Positions 25,446-36,993 of a DNA stretch of 64,000 nucleotides are shown piece by piece. The translations under genes and the position numbers were made by a program. Position 1 is the stretch's first letter; each line of letters starts with the position of its first letter. This DNA comes from Camelus ferus (lineage: Eukaryota), in assembly GCF_009834535.1 (NCBI RefSeq), contig NC_045697.1, positions 27,406,001-27,470,000 on the forward strand, in the 5' to 3' direction. The notes beneath the pieces are model-generated. The model ran no database searches, was not told where the DNA came from, and saw nothing but the letters and a program-made list of their open reading frames with translations.

Positions 25446-26269
25446 TTGACTCAGCCAAGTGTTTCTGAAAAGTAACCTGTGTGCAGCGGAGCTCTGCCTT
25501 CCTCCTCCCCGGCCCCCCAGCCCCACATCACTCAGTGGTGACCCATGGATCCTTCCTGAGCCCCTGGTGCTTCCGGGCACTCTAGCAAGCACATATTCTA
25601 GTGCGGGAGACAGACACTGAACAATTGATCACCAAACTATTTAATTAAAATTGTGAAGAGTAATACAAAGAGGATTTTTCCTTTAGTCCGAAATTCTGCT
25701 CAGAGCTAAATGCAGCCATAGAAGATCGAGAGGTCTGCGCGCTCAGCCAGGGAGGAGCCTTGGAGTTCCTGTGGTTGTAGGATTACTCTTCCTTCTGCAA
25801 ATGAGGAAACCAAGATCCAAGGAGTTTTAGGATTACAATCCTTGCTCATTTGTCAGCACCATTCCCTAGAGAGGCAGAAATCTCCAGGGTCTTTGTGAAA
25901 GAAGCAGAGGAAAGAGGCTTGTTAGTCAGCTGTAGAGCGCCACCGCAGACCGAACACTTTGCGGGTGGCCCGTGTGTGAGCAGTGAGGTGCACGGAGCTA
26001 ATCGCCGCCTTACGTGTGCACCGCCTGAGACTCGCCTGCTGCGGGTGAACTACGTGTGTACAGTCTTCAGAGGACATGGTTTTTTCCTTTTCCGGTGCTG
26101 GCCCAGTGCCTTCTAAATTAGGGCTGCAGTACTTAACACTGGATTGTATGAATGCGATCGTCCATGAATATTTTAAATCTGGTCCATCTCCTGCCCATGA
26201 GGCCTGCCTCCTCCCTTCGCCTGGTGTGTACCCAGGAGTGCGGGTGGACTGTGGTGTTCACCTAGGACG

Positions 26270-26767
26270 ACGTTTCCCAGACTCTGGACCTCAGGACTCC
26301 TTCCACCCTTAAAAGTACTGAGACGCCCAAAGAGCTTTGTTGATGTGGATAATTTCTATCAATATTTACCATGTTAGAAATGAAAACTGTGAGAAAGTTT
26401 TAATTTCTACTATTAAATAGTCTATTAATATAAATACTTGCATATTTCTTTTAAAGTAACTATAATAAACTCATGCATATCAACACATCACTATGAAAAA
26501 TTTATTTTCCCAAATTAAAAAAAAGTGAGAAGAGTGGCATTGTTTTACATGTTTACAAATCTCTTTGTCTGGCGTAATAGGATCGGCTGAATGTTCATAT
26601 CTGCTTCTGCATTCAATCTGTTGTGATTATGTTGTTTGAAAAATATGAGGTAAAGCTGACCTCACATAGATACAGTTAGAAAAGGGCAGGAGGACTTCAT
26701 GGACCCCTGAACGGGTCTCAGAGACCCCCCACAGGTCCTTAGGCTGACCAGCATTGAAAACCAGTGA
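26270..26767. mobile_element. Charlie1-like hAT DNA transposon, internally deleted
   Basis: cctcaggactcctt...cccaaagagctttgttgatgtgg...gtgagaagagtggcattgttttacat...atctgcttctgcattcaatctgttg...gacttcatggacccctga. Both ends appear present. Confidence 0.7.
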
Positions 26768-29204
26768 CAGGGAGAATGTAACACAGGAAGACAGTGTCTC
26801 CCCCAGTTAGAACTGAGTGTAAGACGGCCTGCATTTCAACGTCAGATGGGCGGTCATTGCTCTTCTCCCCTTGGGAGCTGATGGCGTGACTGTTCCCCAG
26901 CCTGGGAGGGGCGCCGGGGCCTGTCTTACTGTCTCTGCATTTGAAGATCTCATAGAAAACACAGGAACATCTGTTTTCGCTTGGCCAGGCTGGTGCAGGC
27001 AGCTTTTTTGCATAAAGAAAATCAGTGCTGGTTCCGAGACTCTGCGACAGGGAAGACTTGGCTGGTGTCGATAATAAGGAAAGACGGGGAAGCCTGGGGC
27101 CCCACAGACGTTCCGGTGCGTCTGGGCGGTGACAGTGTTCGATGCCGTTGTTACTTGGGATTCATACCCACTTTCAGTTCCACGTGTTCGTCAAAGCCAG
27201 ATTTCGTGGGAGTCGGGTGCGGGGCCGAGCTTTCTGCTGCCTCTCAGCGCCTGTTAGAAGTGAGATTTCCAGGCTCAGGTGGAACGTGCTAGTCAGTAGA
27301 GCAGTGGTTCTTCAGGACTGTTCCTCTGCCTTGGTACGTGTGCCCTTTATTTCCTGTCTTGGCTGGGAGCTGTGTTGAGTGTGTGTTTTGCACGGCGCAC
27401 CCGAGGACCTGACCCGACGCCACTCACCGCACCGTTTGTGCCAGGCCCTGTGCGTGTGCTCCCGGCTCCAGAAAGTGCGCGTTCTGCCCTTCGTGAAGAA
27501 GAGGAAACCGAGGTTCACAGAGGCCAGATGGTCCCTCCTGGGGTGCGTGTGCCCTGTGCACTTGACCACGCTGCCTCGGGGACAGATCCTCATAGGAAGA
27601 TTTTCTCCCTTCATCAGAACTCATGTGTCAGATGCTTTAAGTAAGATGTTAAGCTAAGTTCTAAAAAACCTGTTTCTTTTTTTTTCCCCTCAGCTATTAA
27701 AAATGGGGGAGTGTAATGCCTGCCGTTGAGGTTGTGGGTGAAGTGGGTCAGGGCCTGGGGAACTTAGCTCAGTCCCGGCCCCTGTGTGCGCTCGCCCTGT
27801 ACCCACGTAGCTTCTCCTTCCTTCTCATGAAGTATCTGACGGCTCGGAAACTAGTGCTGAAGTGCAGCCTGACCGTCCCTGCCTCGTGCCCCTTAGCTTT
27901 CTGTGTACTGCATTAATCCCTTCTGTCCAGTTAGGTGCCCCGCTGTCCCTTTCCTGAGAGTGAGTCCTCCAGGCACAAAGCTGAACAGCACTTGCTGAAC
28001 CTGATTCAAGCTGTACGTTTCAAAATGGAAAAGATGCTTTTCCTTAAAAATAGTCTATTATTTATGCTCTCACCTAATTTGTAAGTTTTAATAGAAGTTA
28101 ATACAGATCTATAATCTTTTGTCTGCCTTTTCTCAACTCCAAAAGCTATGAATATGAAAACCAAAGTTTTCTGTAACTTAATTTTGGCAAAATGTACCAA
28201 GTCCTGAACTATATTTTGGAGGCAAAATTTGACTGGAAGTGCCATGAGGCTGTTTACAGACTTTGCTGTTCTCGTCAGGGTGGCTTTTCTTGTGTTTTGC
28301 TGCAAAATTCTAAGTGTGTTTGATTATAGATTGCTGCCCTGATCCTTCTAGGAGTTACATAATATGCAACAAATACACTGTTACCTTTCTAAAATTCACA
28401 AATTCTGAATTGTGAAATGCATTTCCCTCAAGGGTTTCGGTCACAAGATTGCAGAACTACTGTAATCTGGTCACATTTATGAAATTTCCCAAACTTTATA
28501 GGTCCAGGCATACGTTTGCTGACTCTTTGCCCTCTGTCCCACATCTTCTCTTTCTGGTCAATTCCTATTTTGGATTAACCACCTAGTTTTCCTTACCAGA
28601 AACTCCAGAGTCAGTCTGCCCTCCCCTCTCTCCTTGTCCTCAGCCTGTCTTGGGAGCAAATCCGGAACCCAGCCCTCGCCCCTTCACCACCAGGGCCCTC
28701 CCAGTTGAGGACCTGGTCTCTGGTGCCAGCTTCCTGACTCACGTCCTCACGTGCCCTGGACTCTGCCCACCCCGGGTTGTCTCGCAGGCTGCCTCCTGAG
28801 TTTTCCTTAGAGAGAAACCTCACGTCTCTGGCTCCATGGCCTTGGCTCCCAGGGCTCAGCCCGGCATTAGTGCCCTCGGCTTACAGGCTCCACTTCTTTC
28901 TTGTCCTTTCTCCTGATGGCCAGCCCCAGGCCTGTGGGCCATGGTGCTTGCTGCCCAGTATCCTTTTCCCTCCCTGCCTTGTTCGCGCCTCCTCTTCTCT
29001 GCTTGCTTTAGGTGGAAGTTCACTTCCTCCCAGCAGCCTTCCCAGACCCTGGCCAGCCCCACCATCACCATGCCCTCCAGCCCTCTGCTCTGGAGTGCTT
29101 GTCACCCCATGGGATGGAACAGAACCACAGGAACACCAGTGGTCTGAAATGGTCTCTCCCACCCACAGAGCCCCCTGAGAGCAGGGCCACGTCCCTCTTG
29201 TTCT

Positions 29205-29780
29205 CTGCACCCTTGCATTTAATCCTCACAGGGGCCCCAGGAAGTACAGTCATAGTCCCATTTCCAGGTGAGAAGGAGAGGCTCAGAGGAGTTAACTAAG
29301 TGCCCAAGGTCACACAGCAAGGACGTTGATGGGGAAATACAGGAAAGAGTACCTGGTATGAGGTGTTGCATGGGAGGTGAGTGAGCAGTGAAGGAGGAGG
29401 AGCCGGGTCTCACCTGGGGGAGGCTTTGCTGCGAAGGTAGAAGACTTAGACTCTGTAAAAAGAGAGGGCAGGACCTTGGCTCTTTGACAAGCTTGTGCTC
29501 TGAGCTAGGGGCACTGTGAGTGAGTGAGAGCTGTCTTCCCCAATTCCCATACCTCTTTCTTTGACATCAGTGTGAGAGCTTAGTCCCAGGCATTTAGGAC
29601 CCAGGTCAGATCCTGGGTTTGCCACTTGGTAGCTGGGTGACTTTACCAAAGGGCTAACCCCTTCTCCTCCCATTTTTCTCGTGAATAAAATGAGGGTAAC
29701 GTTACTGTCTGTGTAGTGACACCTTAAAAATGCTCCTGGAGTATTACTAGTGTGACATGTGGCCTTGTGAGATAAATCCA
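29205..29780. mobile_element. Two MIR fragments in opposite orientation (about 29205-29320 minus, 29590-29780 plus)
   Basis: gaggctcagaggagttaactaagtgcccaaggtcacacagc, and gatcctgggtttgccacttggtagctgggtgacttt. Confidence 0.7.
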
Positions 29781-32392
29781 TTCTCACGCAGGTGCTTGGT
29801 TGGCGTTTTGAAGTTCCCTCGTCAGGGACCCACTGTCCAGAGGTGGATGCTTATGTACTTCAAGTGCAATTGAAATGTACACTCTAGGGTTTGCTCTTAG
29901 CATAAGAGATGCTTCTTAGAACTTTTTATTGGTAAAACAGGGTAAAGTTTGAGACCTGTCGTTGGTCAGAGAGGGTCCAGGCCCTGCTGCCAGCGACTCA
30001 GGAGTAGAGCTTGAGGCCAGCGCCGTCAGGGCCGAGTCCCTGCGCTCCGTGGAGAGTCCCATATGGCCTGTCTCTGCCATCACACTGCCACAGAGCCCTT
30101 CTCCAACCCAACCTTTTCCAAGAGGTGCTTGTTGGAGTCTTGAAGACAGAGCACATGAAGTTCTTGTGTGGCTCCTTTCTCATTCTGGCTCGCTAATAAA
30201 GGCGGTGTGTTTGGCAGACTGTGGCCTTAGATGTGCTTCCACATATGGCTGGGAGGCCAAGCTGCGGGAAAGGTGGCTGTAGCCACCCCGGGAGGCTACC
30301 TAGGGGGCTGCCTCTCTCAAACGGTACATAATTTGCAGAGTGGGCCTATTGCAAGATAAAAATACAGAACAGCCTGTTCCGAGATTAAGAGTTTTAAGAC
30401 GGTGACAGCAGAGCATTAAACCCAGCACAAGACCTTGCTAAGCACGGAGCCCGTATGACTGCCCAGGACACACGCTCGGGCAGGCGCTGCCCTCAAATCT
30501 GACAACTGTTGAGGGACCAGATTGGCATGGGTCACTCTGCAGCCTGCCAGGCTTGTCCTCCTAGGAGCCTTGCGGGGGTTAAATGAGAAATACCTGCTCA
30601 TCAGGTGGGCTGGTTCTCAGGAGCTCTTGTTTCCGTGCAGGGCGGCATCTAACACGAGGGGCATCTGAGGAGCAGAAGTGCTGACACTGGCAGATGGAAT
30701 TTAAAAACAGCTAAGCCTTTACTGGTGTTCCTCTGTGCCGCACGGCTCCTTTGTGCTCTGCCACCTGTTCCTGTTTGAGACCCAGAGAAAGTGGGGGAGG
30801 CGCACACGCCGGGGTGGGGCAGAGCTGGGGCGGGGAAAGGAGTGAAGGGCTGTCTCCAGAGTTCTGCCCGCATCCTTTGAGAACCTGAGGAGAGCGTGCC
30901 CTGTGCTGTCCAGCACTGCGGCCACGTGTGGCTCTTGAAACGCCTGGTGGAATGAGGCTGGTCGGGACTGAGAAGTGTGCCAGTACCAAGAACACACTGG
31001 ATTTCATAGGCCCAGTAGGAAAATAATGCCAAATGTCTTGTTAATAATATATATATTGATCACACTCTGAAATAAGAGTATTGTGTGTGTCGGGTCAAAC
31101 TATAAGAATTTCAACTGTTACTTTTTAACGCACCCACTGGAGAATGTTACATTATGTGCGAGGCTGGCGTCAGAGCTCGGTTATATGCGCTGCTGTGGAT
31201 GAGGAAAGCGCATGGTCACAGCCACACCCTCTCACACTCTCACGTGCGCACACAGCTCTGCGCACGCCTGGAGGGGCTCGGACCAGAGGCCACCCACCCC
31301 TAGCCTGGAGTAGAGCATGATGGTGGGAGGGTAGGCGAGGAGGTGAGTGTGCAGAGCCCCACTAGGGAGCTCTTGATTGCTTTCCAGTAGTGGGGTGATG
31401 CGTGCAGGGTGTGTTCGGGGAAGACTTTTTGGCGGGAGAGACGAACACAGGACAAGAAATCAGGAAAGTCGTTCTTTGGCGGTTGCTGCCCTAAATCAAG
31501 TTCAGAACAAAACTGATCTGGTTTAATGCTTTCTCAGGGGGCTGGGGAATAACACATGACCGTATCCTCCTCCCTTTGCTGTGACTGAGTAATTAAGGTG
31601 AACATTTACCTTGTGGCCTCTATGTACCTTCTGCCTTTGCTGATCCGGGCGAAGCTGTAATTCTCCCCTGGGTCCAGGTGTGGCCCCCGCTGAGCATTTT
31701 TTAATCAGGCACTTCCCTGCTCCCTGGAGACACACTTTCCCGTCTGTCACATTCCAGGAGGAGAAGAGAGGTGGGATTTGACAGGTATCAACCACAGAAG
31801 CCTCCTGGACAGAAGTCTTTGTAAACCTTCCGAATGCCAGATTTTTGTGAGAATCAGGATGTTAAGAGCTTTTTATTTTAACCTCTTTCTGGGAGATAAC
31901 TTCTTGTATAAAAGAAAACAATTGCTGCTCCTCAGTTTTTCAAAGCACTGCCTGTAGTTTAAAAGAACAGAAATGTCAGACTGCGGGCAAACCAGATGGC
32001 CTGGGAAGAGTTGATCAGGGCGTGTCCATGGCAAGGCGATGGTGCTGGTGGCTCAGGGGTGAAGGACCACAGCGTCAGCTCCTCCTGAGAGTAGATGCAT
32101 GTTTACAGGATGGACAGTTTTCTCTGGGTTTTACATTGAAATCCAGGTTATCTGCAGGCTCGCAGGAGGTTCTCATTTCTTTCACCTGAAAGCATGAATA
32201 ATTGCTGATTTTAATTGCAAGCATTATTCCAAGAACAACCACCTGACCTTGTTTAAAGTGCTGATTTAGGACATGATCCAACTTGAAAAGATCTGTTGCT
32301 TTAACCTGAAGCATGTCCAATTTCTGGTTCAATAAGCTTTCTTTCTTCTTCTTTTTCTTTTTAATCACAGCTAATGTGTATTGTTTTCACAG

Positions 32393-32637
32393 GGAGAACT
32401 TTTCCAACCCATCCGTACTTCTCTGCCCAGCTGGGTGCGGGGCAGCTGTCACTCTACAACATTTTGAAGGCCTACTCGCTTCTAGACCAGGAAGTGGGCT
32501 ACTGCCAAGGTCTCAGCTTCGTGGCAGGCATCTTGCTGCTTCATATGGGCGAAGAAGAAGCGTTTAACATGCTCAAGTTCCTGATGTTTGACATGGGACT
32601 GCGGAAGCAGTATCGGCCGGACATGATTATTTTACAG
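32393..32637 (+). CDS. TBC1D1: TBC1D1 coding exon (245 nt), [10 protein letters not shown]...[18 protein letters not shown]...RPDMIILQ, with catalytic Arg and Gln fingers
   Basis: Acceptor ttttcacAG (32391-92), donor CAG|GTAGAG (32638). Phase 1/0. YCQG motif present. Confidence 0.97.
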
Positions 32638-34017
32638 GTAGAGAGTGTTCTTACTGCCTTTGATAAATGCTAAAAATGTTTCTGATCCTTTCTGGATCTG
32701 TCTGAGGAGCTTTCCCGCCGGTAGTTAACACCGTGACATGCCACTGCTGAGAGCTTGCTCTGTGCTTTGCATGACACCACGTGTTTCGTATGCGCCCACG
32801 TCCTCAGAAAGACACTGCTGATCGGCTCGATTTATAGACAGGAAAGCTGAGGCTCAGAGAGGTTACTGCCGCCTTTCAGGGTTGGGGAGAAGTCTGGATC
32901 CTGCTTCAAGAATATCCCTGAATGTTGGAACTTGTGTTTATGTGTTTGCTTACCAGCAGGATACTCTGATTTCAGAGTCTCAGGCAGTGTCCTTGGAAAG
33001 CATACGTTAGAGTCGAGGACTTTTCCAGAGCACTGAACAGCGTGGCTAGAAATCCTTTCCCTCCACCTGTGCATATGCGCCACGTGAACATTAGTCTCAG
33101 AGGAGGGAACCGTTCCGTTGACTAGATTTTGGCCCACGTCACACTTTCCGCAGAGACTGTCCGGTTCTTCCTGCCTTCTCCCATCAGCACACTTTCTGTA
33201 GGCACCCCAGCCATCTTCTGAGCGGAGTTTTTCAGTTTTTTAATTTAGGATATAACAGTCTGTGGGCCGGGCCTGGTGGTTGGATTCGTTTTGATACGAA
33301 AGAGCCACAGCTGGTTCTTGAGAGAACCGTGTTGTCTGGCCCCCTGGAAACAGGTTTTTCCAGTGTTGGCAGTACACAGCCAGCCTGCAGCATCTTGGTA
33401 GGGCTCTGCCCTCTCTGGGTTACTGTTTCTCTGGGCTCAGCCGTGGCACTGCTCAAATCAGGGCCTGGCCCTGGGACCCTCCTGGGCAGGAAGCCGGAGC
33501 CCCATGAGCTGAAGTTCAGCCCAGTTGGAAAAGTTATTTTCTCCATCTTGAGTTAACACTTGTCTTCCTACTTTAACTTTCCTGTGTTGTAAACCTGAAG
33601 TCACACTTGTCCTGCCTCTTGAATGACTTGAGGTAGTTAGAGGAACTTGCCAAGGGAACAGGTGTTAGGTAGCGTCCTTCCACAGAGTCTATTCTCAGTT
33701 ACCCTGGCTTTGCGTTGTGCTAAGAATGTGTATTTGTAAGAGAATTTATGACATGTTTCCACAAGACAGATGTGTAGATTCTCTTAGCTCAGAAACACAA
33801 GGAAACAGTAAAAAGTTAGGAAGTGGCAGGGAGAGCCCCGTCATGAGTGTCCTGGGCCCATCCAGGCCCTGCCCCACGGCAGCAGCCCCAGCCAGCACGC
33901 GCTGGATAAAGGAGAGATGAGGGACCTCACCTGAATGTTCTGATGGTCCTTCTCTTCCACCCTGGGAGAGCGGGTAACTGCTCTCTCCCCATGACCCCTG
34001 CATGCCTGTCCCTGCAG

Positions 34018-34177
34018 ATCCAGATGTACCAGCTCTCCAGGCTCCTCCACGATTACCACCGAGACCTCTACAACCACCTGGAGGAGCACGAGATCGGCCC
34101 CAGCCTGTACGCCGCGCCCTGGTTCCTCACTGTGTTTGCCTCCCAGTTCCCGCTGGGATTCGTGGCCAGAGTCTTCG
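34018..34177 (+). CDS. TBC1D1: TBC1D1 coding exon (160 nt), [53 protein letters not shown]
   Basis: Acceptor ccctgcAG (34016-17), donor G|GTGAGT (34178). Phase 0/1. Confidence 0.97.
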
Positions 34178-36946
34178 GTGAGTGTGTGTAAGTCTGTCTG
34201 CCAGAACCAGTGCTCTCGTGTTAGGTGAGACCAGTGTTGTCACTCCGTGGTCTCTTCTTTTATGCCTGTGTCTTCTGCAAGAAAGGGTGCTGTTCGTCAT
34301 TCTCAGTTTAGGGGAGATGATGAGGTTCTGTGAGTTCCAGGACCTGTTTGACTTCTGATGATCAGCAGGCCCCTTAGCTGCCTTCTTGTGGGACTTAGAT
34401 CCGTTGCAGCCCCACCAGGCAGACAGCGTGAAGGCTTGGCTGGGGGGCCCGACGCGCCGTCCAGCGATGGTTCTCCTGAGTCGTTTTCCTCGACCTCTTT
34501 GGCCTGGCACTTGCACGACTTCTCAAGCGGTGACTCCTGGGCCACCGTTCCTTCCCGGTTCCCTCTGCATCCCTCCTCCTCTCCCCATGGCCCCGGGCTC
34601 ACCTTCCTCTCCTCTGCCAGCTCTCATCCGTCCCCACCTTGTCTTCCCACTCTGCCCCCAGAACCCTGGGGTGGGACACATTTCAAACCATCTCCCCTTC
34701 TACTGATTTACTTTTAAAGAAGATTGTCTCTGTCAAAGTTAAATAAGGATTCACATGCAAAGTCTCAAAACTGCCTTACAATTGTACCTCAGTTTAAAAA
34801 ATTAAAAATTTTAAAGTTCAGAAACCCGCCTCGACACAGTGACATGGCAGGGATATGAGGAGCAGAGTGACACCGTGAGCACAGTCAGTCCTTGTGCAGT
34901 GAGAGTTCCCTGCTTCAGAATGAAATCATAATGCTGACAATTCAAGTTCCTTTTATTTTTTTTAGTGTGGAGGAGGTTATTAAATAATTGATAGTTACCA
35001 CACATCAAGTGCTTTTAAAGTACCATTTATGTTCAGTCACTTAATAGCTTAAAAACCTGTACTCTTACACTTTTTTAGAGATGTTTTTAAAAGGAATGTT
35101 CACAGATGTCAAGAGAGTCATTTTAGGCAGTTTTGGGCAGGCCACTCATCTGTCTGGATTCTATGAGTCCTGAAATTCACTTTTTAATTTAAGTGGGCAC
35201 TGTTTTCTCTCCTCTCTCCCCAGGGTACTAGATCCTTACTGTCATTCAGTTCTGTCCACAAGAGCATTCCCCACGTGGCTGTCCTGGAAGAGTCTGTTCT
35301 TAAAATATTCACCACCCTCCTCCCACTTTTGCATAGCTCCCTCCCCAAATTGATGTTTATTTTCTGTCTTTAAAAAAAATAAGCATTGAAAATGATCGAT
35401 ACTTAACACTCTTTTCCTGGTTAAACAAATCATTAGTGAGATTTTATGAATGTTTTATACCATAGTTTAAAAAAAAATCCTCAAAATTCTTTGCTTAGTT
35501 TACTGAAAAAAAGAGTCACAGAGACTACAAGGTATCTAGCTGTAGGCTTCAGTCTTTCCTGCCAGGCATTTCTGTGTTTTTCACTTAGTCTGGAAATTAA
35601 AAGCAGATCGGTGGTCTCCTTATTTACTTTCCTCTGGATTCTTCGCTGTAATTTTCAGGAGGGTAATGGAGAGGAGCGAAGATTGAAAGGGGAAGGAGGG
35701 AGTCCTATTAATGGTTTGAAATCAGCTCAAGCATCGAGTTACACTGTGAAGAAAATTCTGCAAAGGGGGCTGAGCAGGAAGCGCCGAAAGGGTCAGCGCC
35801 GAGTTCCTGATGCCCCGGCCCCAGGCAGGGAGGTCGCGCTGCAGAGTTCTGGGCACTGGGCCCATAAACTCTGGGAAACCAGTCTTTCCTCAGACTGCAT
35901 AAGTGGCATTAACAACAAACAAACAAACGAACTCTGCTTTGGAAATGACAGCCCTCCTGTTGCAGAGTATTCGGGACTCTCTGAAGCTCATCCTAATGAC
36001 TTCATAAATAAAGCTGAAGCCACTAAAAGCGGGGTCTTTTTCTTTAGACTGTCAGGCAGCGGTGGGTCTTGGTGTTTCTTGTGCATAAAGATGCCCGTCT
36101 CTGTGTGATTCCTGGGTCCCACAGATCCCCGCTGTACTAAGTGGGTTCATGCCCGGCTGGCTGAGGGCTGAGGGCTCCTCAGATCATAGGCGTGAGGTGG
36201 CAACCCAGGGCAGCACTGTGTTGCAATGTCGTTTTCCAGAAGCAGCTGGGGTTTTGCACAGTCCACTTCCTCTATCAGTACCTAAAAGCAAACCATTTTA
36301 ATAGTAGTTTCCATAGAAAAGATAGGTTTAAATTTTTTTTTTTTTCTCTATTTAGCATCAGTGACCTTTAGCTCCACAGTGGTGGGTAGCTTCGTTTCAA
36401 ATCCCAAAGCCTGCCATTCATACACTGTAGGCTTTTTTGGCTTGAGGCCCATTTCATTATAAGGCCTTTATGCCTGGATAAAAGCGAAAAACAAATGGAC
36501 TTTTGTTAACTAGTCACTGTTTTGTATGTAAGTAGGGGATTCTCAGCTCGCAGTCGGCATAGCTCACCTACAGATGAATAGCTTACCTCAAATTAAGTGT
36601 GTGCTACTTGGAGGGGCAGCTGCCAGGGGTGCGCGTGCCTCAGCCCTCCCGTGGTGATTAGTCACAGCTCTCTCCATGTCAGTCCTTCTGTCCGGGTGTC
36701 AACATAAGGTAAAAGCACCTCTTCATATGTTTTTCCAGTTCAGGTGTAGAGGGGTCCCAGGAGAGATGCTTTCTCTGTTCACCTTCTAATGATGTCTACC
36801 TTTGGGGAAAAAGCCTGAGAAATAGGACCTAGTTTGCTCCTGGTGGAGGTAGAGGCTGTGTAGTATTGTTAGACTCCTGATGTTTTCTGTAGGATGTGCT
36901 GCCAGGTAGGTGAGAGAGGAGGTGGGGTTGAGAAACTGAGGGTTTG

Positions 36947-36993
36947 GCGCGCACGCACACACACACACACACAGGCGCGCACACACACACATG
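36947..36993. repeat. Compound (GC)n(AC)n repeat in two units
   Basis: gcgcgcacgc(ac)n ag gcgcgc(ac)n atg. Confidence 0.9.

Noticed and set aside
35446..36108. Longest ORF in the track (220 aa, + strand)
   Set aside because: Intronic, with no recognisable domain, retrogene hallmarks or coding-like composition. Consistent with chance.
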